Assembly: GCF_006345805.1 (NCBI RefSeq)
Contig: NC_042998.1
Span: 175,150,001 to 175,214,000 of the forward strand
Direction of reading: 5' to 3'
Length of the DNA: 64,000 nucleotides
From: Octopus sinensis
Taxonomy: Eukaryota
Shown here: positions 35,873 through 49,956 of the stretch, one piece after another
How positions within the stretch are numbered: position 1 is the first letter of the stretch
How the letters are laid out: every line of letters begins with the position of its first letter
Position numbers and translations under genes: made by a program
The notes under the pieces: generated by a model
Seen by the model: the letters and a program-made list of their open reading frames with translations, nothing else
Told to the model about the DNA's origin: nothing
Database searches by the model: none

Positions 35873-37715
35873 TGGTATTAAACCAAGGCTGTATAATGTT
35901 GCTAGGAATATTATTAGATCAGTGAAAACTACAAAGGAAGGTACCAAAAAATTAGGTGAAGTGTATAATTCTGAGGCATATTCAACAAATATCCTACAAG
36001 TATGAATTAACTATCTTGAAGTTGCCTCTACCAGGATTATTTAGGCAGACAGCAGATGGATTGGGTGAATTTCTGGAACCAAAGGAGAGATGAGTTGTGG
36101 GGGGGGTGGCTTGTTTATCACCAAAAAAAAAACAAACTCAACTGAAGAAACTTGGATTAATTGTTACAATCCCATTCCTTCTTTTGTAAATGTTACACTT
36201 AGGAGAACACAACAGCAGATCTTGTATCAACAGTGTTGGGCATGGTGGAATTAAGTGCTTTGTCCAGAAATACAGCATTGGCATCAGAATATTTTCTGGA
36301 GCCTAAATCAATCACATTGTGTCCACACACCGGGATTAGAATGGGTCAGTGGGAGAAACCATGACATTTGAAAAATTGGAAATATGTATAAAATTGAAAG
36401 TGCCATTAATGTTGCTATGGTAGACTTCTTGTTATTTTAGCAGTGGGTGAAGTGAAAGGGTGATATACACAAATCCAATTGTAACAGATAACAGAGGATA
36501 TAATGTTAGTGTACAATCTCTAAATTATAAAAATAGGTGTGAACAAGAACTATTTAAATTATTATAGAGAATAGCAGCAGCAAAAATGAACATTGAATGG
36601 AAATCTAACCAAAATTCTACCAAGTAGAGTAGTTTGTACTATTTATCTCCATGTGTGAAATGGAAACCATTTAGTTATTTATGGGTTTAAATGAAGGATC
36701 AAGAATGGAATTGGTAAATAAAGTAGATATTCTTTTTCAGGAACATTCACCGAAAGCAAATGGAAAATGATTCTTGAGTAAATGTCCCACAGGAGATGTT
36801 TTAGTGTATAATTTACATTACAAGAAACTAAATTCAGTATATGTCAAAGCCCAATATCTAATTTTGTCAAATGACTCCTTTTAAAACTCAAAAATAACAA
36901 TATTGTGTATATGTAATAAAAGAGGTAAAATAGCTGACTGGGCAGAATCTATTCGCTTATAAGGTTATATGTGCTAGGAGTGTGATTTGGCTTATACAGC
37001 AATATAATTTTAGAAAGATTCTGTTAATAATAATTCTAGGCTGCACAAGAATTCACAAACAGTAATGCTTAATTGATTATATTGTACAAAAATAGGGATT
37101 TGTGGCTCTCTTCAGTAAATAAACTACTGCATGTGTGCACTTAACTCTTTGCAGTATTTGTTCTGACATTCAGAGTAAGACTCTTAATTCTCCTGTATAA
37201 ACTATTCATGATGATAGTTGTTGTTTAGCTCCAGATTAACTCTAGTTTAGCAGATCTATGATCAAAGTTGTTCCAGCTGTGACTATTCCATCGTTTTGTA
37301 TATCTATCCTTTTTGTGTTGGTTTAATGTGATTTGGGGAGGTCTAATAAGGCAAATGACTGAGGAGATTCCCATATTGAACTTCAAATTACACTTTCATT
37401 CAGTTATCTGTAAACTACATTCCAGAAAGACCTAGAAATACAGAGGGTACTGTCTCTTCTCATCAAACTAATAGTCTCTCCTTCAGTTTACAGCCAATTA
37501 TTGAAGGGGGTGAAAATTGATCTTGGTTACTGGTATTCATGAACTTCAGATGATATGCTTGACCAACAGTGGCAAGATTTTGACTAGGAACATTTTAATT
37601 TGCCACTCTGTTGTCTTAGCCCCCTACACTATTATCCTTACACTAAATAATAATGATTTCTTATATTAGAGCAAGAGTCTAAATTTGAAAATGGAAGAGG
37701 GTCATAGCTGATTAA

Positions 37716-37935
37716 CCCTTTTGTTACTAACCCGGCCAAAATCGGCTCTGGCTCTGTGGTAAAATGTCTTGTTTTCATAAGTTTTGAATTAGAATATTCC
37801 ACCAAGCCTTAGTCACAATTTACATTCCTAACATTAGCTTAATGATAACTAAGTTATTTTACTAAATTCTTTGTTATATTTAAAATAATTGAAAGAAACA
37901 CAGAGCATCTCAAAATATATACAGTAACGAAAGGG
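37716..37935. mobile_element. TTAA-flanked MITE, family B
   Basis: TTAA 37712-15 + CCCTTTTGTTACT ... AGTAACGAAAGGG + TTAA 37936-39. Confidence 0.88.
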
Positions 37936-38263
37936 TTAAATTAATTCTGATATATTACTGGTACATTTATCAAGCCCAGTGATACTTGATGTTTTTTTAA
38001 GATAGGCATACAGGTGTACATATTTAAGAATACAGTGCTTGACTGTTGCTTTATTGAAATACTAGAATAATGAGAGAGAAATTTGAGGTCATTGAACTCA
38101 ATGCATAACTAGATGTCACAAAACATATTGTCTGCTGCTCAACTGATTCAGACGAATTGCAATTTTCTTATGAATATAATTAATAGCATGAAAAACAAAC
38201 ATTAAACAACAATGGTGATGATGATGTAAAACAATTTGTCAAGATACTTTTATAAAAATGAAA

Positions 38264-38566
38264 TTGTTTGTTCCTTCTCAAGCCATGCCTGGCTCATAGG
38301 GCCAGTTTCCTGGCTTCCTTGGTGTATAGGTTCTCCACCTGGACGGGACGCCGGTCCGTCGCAGGTGAGTTGCAAGATGCAGGAGGAAAGGGTGAGAGAA
38401 AGTTGTGGCGAAAGAGTCAGCAGAAGTTCACCATTACCTTCTGCCAGAACTGCGTGGAACTTAGGTGTTTCGCTCATAAACACACATATCGCCCAGTCTG
38501 AGATTCAAACCTGCAATCCCTCGACCGCGAGTCTGCTGCTCTAACCACTAGGCCATGTGCCTCCAC
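38264..38566 (-). mobile_element. Young tRNA-derived V-domain SINE
   Basis: A box TGGCCTAGTGG, B-like GGTTTGAATCTC, V-domain-like ACCTGCGACGGACCGGCGTCCCGTCCAGG, AAC-type tail. Confidence 0.85.
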
Positions 38567-39328
38567 AAAAATGATATTGCTGTATTGCAAATATGAGTTT
38601 TTACTGAAGTTTTTTTTTAAATTCAACTTTTACATTTTATGTAATCTCACTTATATCTAAAATTTAAGAAGCTTACCTCTTTCAAAACCTACACCGTAAT
38701 TAATTACGTACATAATTATCATGCCAACACTAATATGTGGCCTGACTATTAGTAACCTCATGTTTTGTAGTTTTATTTACTCAGTTTTAATTTTTCCTCT
38801 CTCTCATAGTATTTCTATTTGTCAACTGTTCCCATTGTTCATAGTTTAATACAATATCTCCTTGTTAGCAGATACCTAGAGATGAAAACTAAACTGAAAT
38901 GAAATTTTTTGCACAACTGTACTAACATGCTACCTAAACCAGAACTAGGGTCCAGTACTAATAGGAGGCTGAATAAGACAATTACATATTGTAATACAAG
39001 ACTAAGCGCAAAAATAACTTCCATCAGATTCATATAAAGCCTTGAACCAAGTACTGCAAGCTTGTTATTCACATAGTTATTATGCTCTTTATTGTTGAGG
39101 GTGATACTTAAGCACTGCCTACTTATAGCTATTATGAGTTCAGTAATTCAGTGTCTTGATCATGAAGTCAGCACAACAGAGGTGATGGGATACAAACTGC
39201 TTACTCCTTGATCTGTAGTCCAGGCATTTTGGTTTCTTATGAACTTCATCAGTAATGATTTTAATTACTTGGGCAACACACAGGCAAGTTTCAACATAGT
39301 TGACAGAATGTAGCAATCAGCATCTTAA

Positions 39329-39517
39329 CTCCTTAGCATTTAAACTAGCTCAATCCATGCTCAAACTGGCCAGATCCTGCCTCTAACACAATGTCACTTT
39401 AAAACTCAACAATCACATCATTGAAATCCTGATGCTGCAAGATAATTGCATGATTAATTCAAAATTATGTGAATAAATAAGTATTACATTTGACAGAGTA
39501 ATCTGATTGCTAAAGGG
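39329..39517. mobile_element. TTAA-type MITE, family A, internally deleted
   Basis: TTAA+CTCCTTAGCATT ... TGCTAAAGGG+TTCA. Confidence 0.75.
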
Positions 39518-42332
39518 TTCATTCACCAGTACCATTATATTTACTATCATTTATCATCATCATTGTTGTTATTGACATCACCACCACAACTGCTAGACTT
39601 CAAAAAAATTTTTTTTTACATTCATCTGTTTCTAACAAACACACTGACATAGAAATAATTCCTTTCCCTAAGCTCTGGTTGTCACTGCTTCATGACATAA
39701 TTGTGCCTTCTGGTGAGTCATATGAATGAAAGACAAATATCCCTGTAGTCTAAATGTTAGTTTATTATAAGTAGGTTTTTGCAAAAGTTCATGACAACTA
39801 GACAAAGTGAGGCTCAGATGTGTCCTGTCTTCTGTCACAATAAAATGTCCTACAGAGGATTTAAACCTTCCATTCATTGGTTTGGAGTCCAATATCTTAT
39901 CCAGTCCATATTTACAGCTTTACATCGTAAACATATATTGAAATGAGACGGAAAGGAAGGGAAAGGTAAAAAGAAAGAATGTAAGTGTGGCCCTAGGTCA
40001 GCTAACTGAGCTTACCTATGATTAACAGCATTCTAACACTAATCATCCCATCTTCTTTCAAACATAATACATCCTGAACTACATTTAATTCTCTTGTTTT
40101 TCCTTTATGAAGGATATGATTTGAGGCAAATTTGACTGTTATTTCTTGCAGATAGAGTGACCATGTGTAGCCAAGTTAATGAGATATACAACAGAGTGAA
40201 TTGGCAGAATCATCAGTGTCAAACAAAATGCCTTCTGGTGTTTTTGTTTTGGCTCTTATATTCTCAGTTCAAATCCCATCAATACTGTCTCTGCCATTTA
40301 TCCTTCCTGGGTCGATAAAATAAAGTTCCAGTCCAGGCTAGTAGACAGGTGGGAATTGCCAAAGCACTGGACAAAAGGCTTTGTAGTATTGATTCTGGTC
40401 TGGATCTTTATGTTTTGAAGGCCCAAACTAGGGGAACTTGTCTGCATCTAGCTGAGAAGATGGCACTTTGTAAAAAATATTCAGAGGAAAGCAATGGGAA
40501 AATACTTTTGTGTTCTTTTATGAAAATTCCATGATAAACATATAATTTAGCAAGGAGTTCACTGACCTGAAGATGCAAGAAATAATAAAATATAAAGTTC
40601 CAGTCACTAAATAACCTATCACAAAATAGATAACAAGAATTGTTGAATAATGTTGTTGTCTAAGTCTAGCTCACCTCTGGTCATGCACACCTGTGACCAA
40701 AGGTATTCCAGCCATTTTTTAGGCATAGTTTATCTAAAGCTATATAATCTAATCTATTCTTACCATTTTTAAGATAAGGTGTGATAAGAAGGGAGATTTG
40801 ACCACAATTTCTAGCAGGTTCAGCAGCCATAAAGCTTCCTCGTTGCCACAATTGGAGCATGCACTGTCAGTGACTTAAGTCTGTTTAAAGCTATATTTGA
40901 AACTGAATCATGAAAACATTTTGTCAGTAAATATTTTCTTTAAAAGGACAGAGGTATGTGTATTTTGTTAATAATTTTTGATGAAACTATTTTTCAACTA
41001 AAAGCAAGAAGGTTGTAAATAAATTATAGCCACATGTGTTCATGTTATATTTTGGTATTAATTGTCTATAAACACGTATAATGTGTGTGCATGTGTATTA
41101 AAGTGGAAGTATGTTACAGATTAAAACATCTGATATAGAACTGAATATGAAATGTAGCCAAAAATATTTTTTATATCATAAATAGTGACATTTTTATCGT
41201 TTGACTTGGAAGTGAAAATCAGTTCCCAAGGCATTTCACAGGGCCTCCAGGACGAGTGGGAGGGAGAAGAGTGGACTCCCCTATAGTTATCCAAAGTGCC
41301 AGATGGTAGAGTTAAATTATGATTCGAACACGGAATGCAAAGAGCCAGAACAAATACCTCTAGAATTCTCATCTGATGGTCTTACAGTTCTACCCTGGAT
41401 TAGTAGGGATTTTTTCTTTTTAAATCATCCCCAAAAGAACAGAAGTCTGTTACTCTTGGCAGGATTTGAACTTGGAACACTGAGTATCAGAACAAATACT
41501 GCAAGGCAATCTATCCCGTGCTCTAAAGACTACCAATTTGTAGACTGTTTCTTGTGATTTGCCCTGCTGGCCTTTTTAGATTGTATATGAAAATGGCACT
41601 ATTTATTGTGTAAATCATGTGTATGTTTGTGTTCATACAATACCGCAAGCGTAGCTAATAGGAAGAGACACTTGAAAATAAAATCAAGCAACATATTAAA
41701 TATATGTGCCTTCTCTGAAGCTGACCATTCCATCTACAAATAAGGAGCCATTGGACACCTAATAAATATCATATAACAAAATAAAAAAGGGAAGCATTAT
41801 TTGATAACATAACTACCACATATAAAATTACCCAGATAAGTTGAAGATAGGTTGAGGAAGGCCTATTTAAAAGCAGTACACAAGACAAAACAGTACTCGC
41901 AGATAGTATTCCCTAGCAACAGACAAACAGTAGACACCATGATCAAAATATTTCCTTATTGCCAAAAATTAAACCTGATGTCAGCGGTCAAAACATTTAA
42001 AGTCTGAAGATAACAAATGTGACATTAGTACAAACATCATCCACATGGTTCTTGCCTGTGGTGGAATAGAAAAGACAACTGTAACTAAAATCATTTTATC
42101 CAAATGATATAGTAGGAAAAGAGTTGAAATGCTGATAATCTTGTTAAGATATATTCTTCCAAACACAACTAATGAGTTTATAGAAAAACAATCTTTTACT
42201 CAAAGTTCAAAAGTGGTATATAGTCACACACACACACATACACATATGTTTATGTATATTATATAGCCACTCAAATTCTCTTTTCTAATGTGCTTCTTTC
42301 AAATTTGTGGACAACTGTTTATGAATATATAT

Positions 42333-42597
42333 ATCATCATCATCATCATCATTTAACATCCGCTTTCCATGCTAGCATGGGTTGGACGATTTTGACTGAG
42401 GGCTGGCAAACCGGATGGCTGCACCAGGCTCCAATCTTGATCTGGCAGTTTCTACAGCTGGATGCTCTTCCTAACACCAACCACTCCGAGAGTGTAGTGG
42501 GTGCTTTTTATGTGCCACCGGCACGGGGGCCAGTCAGGCGGTACTGGCAACGACCTTGCTCGAATCCTTTTACACATGCCACCAGCACAGGTGCCAG
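42333..42597 (-). mobile_element. RTE 3' tail inserted in (TA)n
   Basis: (CAT)n tail, about two modules, TA runs on both sides. Confidence 0.88.
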
Positions 42598-42622
42598 TAT
42601 ATATATAGTGCATATATATATA

Positions 42623-42674
<52 letters not shown>

Positions 42675-42739
42675 TACATACACACACACAGAGCAGATTT
42701 ATGATACTCAAAAAGTGCAATGATGTATGGTGGTAAAGC

Positions 42740-43095
42740 ATGGGCTGTCAATGCAGAGAATTTGCAAAGACTAAACAGAAATGATGCAAAGATGTTCCAT
42801 TGGATGTGTAATGTTAGTTTGCATCAACATTGGAGTACAAATGAGCTAGATACAAGGGGGATCAAATGTAGTGTGCATGAAGGATCAGAATGACATAAAG
42901 AAGTGCTCCGTGTTTAAATTGAAGGAAATCTTTGGAAGTCAGACACCAAGGAAAACTTGTAATGAAGTGGTGAAGATAGATCTCGGGATGTTGCACCTCA
43001 CAAAAGAGATGGCAATGGACTGGCAACACTCAGTGCTAGGAAGAAAAAAACCCATCCACTTGTGCAAGCATGGTGAGATGATTGTCAAACATGTT
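42740..43095 (+). mobile_element. Old RTE ORF 3' end
   Basis: LQRLNRNDAKMFHWMCNV..; homologous to 58300-58780. Confidence 0.7.
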
Positions 43096-43624
43096 GGTAA
43101 GATCGAGGCAAGGAATCACATGCACACACACACACATACACATTGTCAATTAACATCTGATGTCTCACCTGCATCACTCATCTCTATTACTGATACTCTC
43201 TTCTATTTACTGTTAATACTATGCTGCTGGTGTAGTGTGAATGCGATATCAAATCCACTGTTGTGATATGATTGTGGATATGTAACTTGTAACCCTTCTT
43301 ATGTGGAAATATTTACAAACAGGGAGATTACACACACACATACAACAGTGAGTGAGTAGTCCCAATAAAAGAATGTGAACTTAACATTTTATTGTCATTC
43401 ATAGTTTATTTTTGGATAGTTCTGTTTGCTCCAAATAGATACCATTTGTATTTTCAGTTCTTGACTACATATAGCAGCTCTGTTCAAGTGATAAATTATT
43501 TATTTAGCTTTCAGTAATGAGTTCAATTCTTTCCATGGACCTACAACAATTTGTTTTACTGTTAAAAACAACAAAACAGGAATTTTCAAGGTTTATAATA
43601 AGGAGGTGCAGGTTTCAAATATCT

Positions 43625-43912
43625 CTTTACTCTTTTACTTGTTTCAGTCATGTGACTGTGGCCATGCTGGAGCTCCTGCTTTTGGTCGAGCAAATCGACC
43701 CCAGGACTTTTGCCGAACCGCTAAGTTACGGGGACGTAAACACACCAGCATCGGTTATCAAGCGATGTTGGGGGGACAAACATATACACACACATACATA
43801 TATATATAGATATATATACATATATACGACAGGCTTCTTTCAGTTTCCGTCTACCAAATCCACTCACAAGGCTTTGGTCGGCCCGAGGCTATGGTAGAAG
43901 ACACTTGCCCTT
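43625..43912 (-). mobile_element. tRNA/CORE-type SINE, head truncated
   Basis: High similarity to 13615-13950. Confidence 0.88.
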
Positions 43913-44482
43913 GCCTCAAATCCTGTTTGGGTTGAGTTTGCTACATAAGTATTAGGGTATTACGTAGGTGGGTCAAGTTGTCCAGTTGATTTATTCACTT
44001 CCCTTTAAATAGTGCCCCAAATAATCATTCCCATCATCTTATTTTTAATGTTTAGAAATATGTAAACAAAAACCCATAAAAGACAAAACAATCAGATTTA
44101 TCACTGATTACCAAAATACATTGGTTCCTTTACTGCTGTAAATGGGTCAAGTTAAAATAAACGGGTCTGTTCCTTCATTAACAGTAACTGTTGAACCCCC
44201 TACCCCCACTCCCCCCAAAAAGTGGACAAAAGCAACAGAAAAACAACTCAGGGAAACACACCAACAAATGAGTGACCCATTTATAACCCATAATAACTTC
44301 TTATAATGTTTTATACACCACCACTCCCCTGCCCTTCACTGCCTCATTATTGTTCATTTGTTGGTTAGTTTTTCCTGAATACTTCTCAGCTGTGTGACCC
44401 AGTTTGTCTTAACCTACTCTATTTGTTTCTTCACATGAAACACACAAGTAAAGCAAGTGATATTCTGCAGGTCTGCAGTTTA

Positions 44483-44515
<33 letters not shown>

Positions 44516-44576
44516 CTCCCCCCTCCACCTTGTGCAACACCTATTATTATAGCTAGTTATGTAGTTGCTAGAACAT

Positions 44577-44621
<45 letters not shown>

Positions 44622-44857
44622 TTACAACCAAAGAATGTTTCCATATCTCCTCATCACCGATTAGTTGCATTTTATATTTTGTTAACATTTACTGTTTACC
44701 TATTTTCTTCCTACCTTTTTTTAAAAGTATACATGTGTGTGTGTGTGTGTGTGTTTCTATACATATGTGTACAAAAGAAAACTTTGAAAGTTTCTTGAAG
44801 GAATATTCTGAGCAGCAGATATTCTAACTTGTACTGAAATAACTTAGAAGAAGAGCC

Positions 44858-45190
44858 GGATCTTTTCGGTTTGAACGGCAGTTTTTAACATAATTTCTAG
44901 GTAACTAAAAAATTTTAAACTTTGTATACTGGTAGAATGTGTTTATAAAACATCTTTTTCTCTTGGCTTTATTGAGAAAATTCTATAGTTTGTAAGATAT
45001 TTGTTGGTTTTTTTTTTCTTCAATTTCTGCAATTTCAACCAATCAATGGCGTCTATTGAGGTAAAAAAAAAAAAAAAACATTCTGTGCCGTATGAATGTG
45101 TCCCTCGTTTAAGAAACAGATTGGGTTTATTTATATTTCTGAAGAAAAAACACCGCTAGAAAAAAACTGCCATTCAAACCGAAAAGATCC
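44858..45190. mobile_element. MITE with ~29-bp TIRs starting GG and an 8-bp TSD (Merlin- or hAT-like)
   Basis: GGATCTTTTCGGTTTGAACGGCAGTTTTT / AAAAACTGCCATTCAAACCGAAAAGATCC; flanks GAAGAGCC / AAAGAGCC. Confidence 0.88.
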
Positions 45191-47309
45191 AAAGAGCCTT
45201 GCTAGAAACAACAGAATGCACCTCCCTTCATAGTGAAATTTTATTTTCTGCCAGTGCAGACCATTGCTAGATTCCTTAGATTTTAGTTGATTTTTTTTTT
45301 TTTTTTTTTGTAATTTTCAAGTTGAAATATTTTGACATTGCAATGAAGGAGGCTTGAACTTGATCTTTGACTGTGAACAAAATAAAACCTTCACATGTAT
45401 TTAATTGCTAATCTTATGTTAGCTTTTGTGCTGCAGCTACGGTGGCTAACTTGCTTTTATGCTTTCACAGAAAATCTTGACTTGTTGGGAAGTAAATTAA
45501 GAAACAGTATTTTGGGTGCAGCTTACTTCTGTGGAAATGAAGAGACTTGACGTTTATATATTTTTTATTATTGTTTTAGTCACTGGACTGTGACCATGCT
45601 GGGGCATTACAGTGAAGGGTTTCATCAAACAAACCAACTCCAATACTTATATTTTTTAAGTCAGGTACTCATTCTGTTGGTCTCTTTTGCTGAACCACAA
45701 AGTTACAGAAACACGAACAAGCCAACACTGGTTATTAAGTTGTAGTGGTGGGCAAACTCATGACCACAAGCACATATAAATATATACATATAGACAGCAA
45801 TCTTTCCACTTGTTGCCACTACCCTATCCACTAAGGCAATCTCCATGTCCTAATCTCAGCACTGTGTTGTCCATAGCCAGGACTTTTAAATCTCTAACAG
45901 CTCAGTTCGCCTAGCTGTAAGTGGATGCCACAAATATTGGAATAACTCATTAATCTAAGTATTTGCAATACTGTTAATTTGCAGTGGTGCTGAGTTCAAT
46001 TCCTCTTCTGGGAATTTAGGTTACCAATATAGATCTTATAGGCTCTCAGTGATGTTACTCTGCCAAACCAGAAGGGCAGACTATACTTTATAGTCTTGAC
46101 CAACAAGTGCAGGAGAAGACAGAAATGGTATAAAACAGAGGGTGACAATGGCAGACTACCTCTGTAATATACTGTGAAAGTATGTTTGTAGTTACTATTA
46201 TTGTCCTTAATGCCACCAGTGATCAGATTTTTAATAGTTCCAGAAACAAGTTATTAGCAAACAGTTCAAGGCTAGCAGACTTTCTTTCATTTTCTTATCT
46301 TGATCCTAAGGAGCATCTAATCAAATGAGAATGCCTGATTTTTGGAATTTTGTGCAAGTGATGGATTCCTTTAAGCAAAAAGACTATTTGTTGTCAGTTT
46401 CCACATCAGGTTTCTCAGGAAGACTTGGTTTCTGATCCATGCATTGAGGCTGCAGCATCTGTAGAAAATCTTGGATATCATTCAAATCATTACACTGATC
46501 AGTTTGTAATCTTGAGTCAGATCTTTGAAGCCTCTCTTTGAAGCAGGTGAAGACTGAAGTCCTTTCTGATTTTTAGTGTATTTTCAAAAAATGCATGAAT
46601 AGTTGGCTTCATATTGGTAAAAGATCTGGCTCTTAAATTTTGTTCGTTTGCTGGATCATTGAGTCTTGGTGTTTATTATGGTCTCCACCCTTGAAGCCCT
46701 TAGATGTGTTTTTATGCATATATACATGGATATGTGTATAAATGTGTGTGTGTGTATATAATGTATGAAGCACATTTATGTGAGTGTGTGTGTACATACA
46801 TGCATACATACACATTCATTCCCATGTACATTGTTGTTTGATATTTATTATAAAAAATATATGGCCTTCTCTTACTTCTCCTCCCCATCCTTCTTTTCAT
46901 AACATGTGCACATGTCTATGTCATGTTCACATTTCCATGTCCACTTGTTTCTCTGAATTGCCATGTATTTGTATTATGCTGATCTTATGTGTGACTACAA
47001 CAACAATTATGTCAACAACAATAGTCACCTTACCAGTTACCACCAAAATTTCTGTTGACTTCATTATCATATGAACAATAATCTCTGAAAAGTATGGATT
47101 AAACTGTGAACAATCTATATTGCTGGAGGGTAGGGGTGATAATTGTCTTCTCATTGTATTGATCCAGTTTGCATAGTGATGGAATTTTACCTTGAAGCAC
47201 GTTCACCAATCATTGATGAAATTATTGTTACTTCAATGGATCTGACATAGATTATGCATTTCAATTTTCAAGTTTCACTTTTGACTAATTTCTCCGTAAA
47301 AGTTTCATC

Positions 47310-47575
47310 ATGATCATCATCATCGTTTAACGTCTGTTTTCTGTGCGAGCACGGGTTGGACGGTTTGACCAGGGTCTGGGAATCCAGGAGGCTGCACCAG
47401 GCTCCAGTCTGATCTGGCAGTGTTTCTACAGCTGGATGCCCTTCCTAATGTCAACCACTCCGTGAGTGTAGTGGGTGCTTTTTACATGCCACCGGCACAG
47501 GTGCCAGGGTGGGCTGGCAGTGGCTATGATCAGTTGGTGCTTTTTACATGCCACCGACACAGGTATCACAACTAC
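47310..47575 (-). mobile_element. RTE 3' tail
   Basis: CATCATCATCGTTTAACGTCTG.. plus about two modules. Confidence 0.88.
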
Positions 47576-48341
47576 AATTTCCATTTGATATTTATTTTGA
47601 TGTTGTTGTTTCTAGGGAAAAAAACAGGCTGAATTACTTGGACATGTGTTCTTTCTAGAAAAAGGTTATGGAGTCATAAATGAGGAATGAGAAAAAAGGT
47701 AAAAGGGTAATGTGGAAATGTAGGTGTGTGGAGAAAGTATGTGGTGCATGAGGAAAGGACTGTGAGTAGCATGGGAGGATGCAAAATGAAGAGGAAGGAT
47801 GATAAAAGTGTGTAGCAAGAGCCAAGGAGTAAGGTTGTGAGAGCCAGGTCAAGTGGATTGTGTGGGGTGAGAGGTAAGGATGATGATGTTCATTGCATTA
47901 ATCCATATTTCTCATTCACCTTTTTACAACCACAATATCAGCTTCTATATTCCTGAAGAGGAACAAACAGGATTTTTCCAAAACAGGACTTTTCACTCCT
48001 TTTCTCCAAATTTTTAATGAATTAACTTTTCCTGCCACCAGTCACCTTAGATTCCAGATCTTACTTGATTAATTTGCTTAACTGGTTTATTAAAATGATG
48101 TTGTTTTGCCCTACAGCAGTCCTGAACCGGTAGGCTTATTAGATTAAAGACATTCTGGTCGTCAACATCCTTTCTTTTTTTTTTATTTATGTTTTCAAGA
48201 TATTTTTCTCGGATATGATTTGATGGAAATTTGGCTGGTATTATTTAGTAGTTACAAACGAGCTGCCTTATTTCAGTTACTGTTCTAAGTGTAGCTTCCT
48301 CTCCTGTCTTCTTTCCTCATTTTTTTCTTTTACTGATTTAG

Positions 48342-48404
48342 AGCCTAGTAAATCAATGGACCAAAGCTTTTGCTTCAAATGCATGGGCCTAGTAGATGTA
48401 AGAG
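48342..48404 (+). CDS. Candidate 63-nt symmetric exon, (E)PSKSMDQSFCFKCMGLVDVR(G); product unknown
   Basis: Acceptor TTTTTTTCTTTTACTGATTTAG, donor GAG/GTAAGG, open frame with CxxC; no homology recognised. Confidence 0.25.
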
Positions 48405-49439
48405 GTAAGGGCATAGGCAAAAAGGGGGTTGAAGGGAATGTGGAGAAGATCAAGCATAGTATTTTCTACATGACCTCATGAGATGAACCACAGAAAAGGG
48501 TAGCTGAATAGATGGAATCTATTCCTTTTCGACTTCTTGGCACTTTTGTATGGGAGAGGTATCTTTCAGAAGCCATATGTTCCTTTTCCCTATTTTGTAT
48601 TTCTAGGTCTGGCATGCTCTTTCTTTGAAGTCCTTAATTTCTAGATGTGATATCTTAAGTAAAGATAAAAAAATCTTCAGTCAGTTCAGTAGTAGAACAG
48701 TATATTTCTATTCTATCCTTGTAAATCTAGGTGAGAGGCTAAGGAGTATGCTATTGTATGTCCAGGCAGTTAAAAAGAAAGTGTCATATACTCTTACATT
48801 TAGACAACTATATAGATGTCTTTGTGTGTGCTTGTAAATATGTACATATACACGCACAAATGTGTGTTGGGTAACTAGTTAGTTTATGACTTTAAACTCC
48901 TTGTTTCCCATACAGTACATCTCAGAAGACTCATTTTAACAGTTTAAGAAGAATATTTCTTTAAAATCTGATATATTTACATTCATTTATTTCATAATAG
49001 TTTTGTTTATCCTGAATTGTCAATGAATTTTGATGTACTTCTGTGACACAATTCCACTGCAGAAGAGCAACAAAATATTTTAAGAAATCACAGTAGATAA
49101 CTCTATTAAGAAATAAATCAAAGTGATAGTAACTGTTTTTCTATGTTTTTTTCAACAGCCAGAATAACTCTGCCATGATGAAATTGTTTTAGATTCAAAT
49201 CATGGTATAAGCTCTGAAGTGACTGTAGTCTTTTGTGAGAATTTCAGTGTTATTACTTTTGTTGGCTACCAAAAGGTTTTCTTCCTGTACAGCAGAGAGA
49301 GAGAGAGAGATGCTATGAAACATGCATTAGAAAGGTGGTTCTACACACTAGTGAGATTTGAGCATAGAGTGTAGGAGATATATAGAAGCTGTATATTGTA
49401 TAGTTAAATATGATCTGTAAGATCTTTGGTGAAAGCATT

Positions 49440-49690
49440 CAACCGCTAAGATTACTCATACACTCTGTCTTTCTCTTATCTCTAATATTAGGAGTTTATT
49501 CTCAGACAGACTATTGTATCAACCGACATGCTATTAATTCAAGTGTGCTTCATCGTATGATAATGTTACCTACACATGTCCATCTACATCTCAATGGCCT
49601 GCTTACTGATACCACTAGCCACACACCCCACTATGCAGATGATACCATCTTTCACTTCTCCATAACTTTCCACAAACATGCATCCAAGTC
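49440..49690 (+). mobile_element. CR1/Jockey-group LINE RT relic
   Basis: AINSSVL....LNGLLTDT...HYADDTIFH (YADD motif). Confidence 0.65.
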
Positions 49691-49724
49691 AGTGAGTGGG
49701 CATCTAGAAATAGCAACTAAATAT

Positions 49725-49956
49725 CTATTTCTTTACTACCCACAAGGGGCTAAACACAGAGGGGACAAACAAGGACAGACAAAGGGATTAAGTCAATTAC
49801 ATCAACCTCAGTGCATAACTGGTACTTAATTTATCAACCCTGAAAGGATGAAAGGCAAAGTCGACCTTGGCAGAATTTGAACTCGGAACGTAATGACAGG
49901 CGAAATACGGCTACGCATTTCGCCTGGCATGCTAACGTTTCTGCCAGCTCGCCGCC
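49725..49956 (-). mobile_element. Young full-length OK/Meta-type SINE with TSD
   Basis: GGCGGCGAGCTGGCAGAAACG head, GAGTTCAAATTC B box; AAATAT(C) duplicated at 49719 and 49957. Confidence 0.92.

Noticed and set aside
38490-38566. tRNA-like sequences here and at 8159-8231, 13960-14024, 49880-49956
   Set aside because: They have A/B boxes but no complete cloverleaf and continue into SINE bodies; not tRNA genes
39230-39252. CUGAUGA..GAAAC on the minus strand as another hammerhead
   Set aside because: No stem II or stem I can form around the core
49175-49217. ATGATGA..CTGA as a box C/D snoRNA
   Set aside because: Too short, no terminal stem and no recognisable rRNA complement
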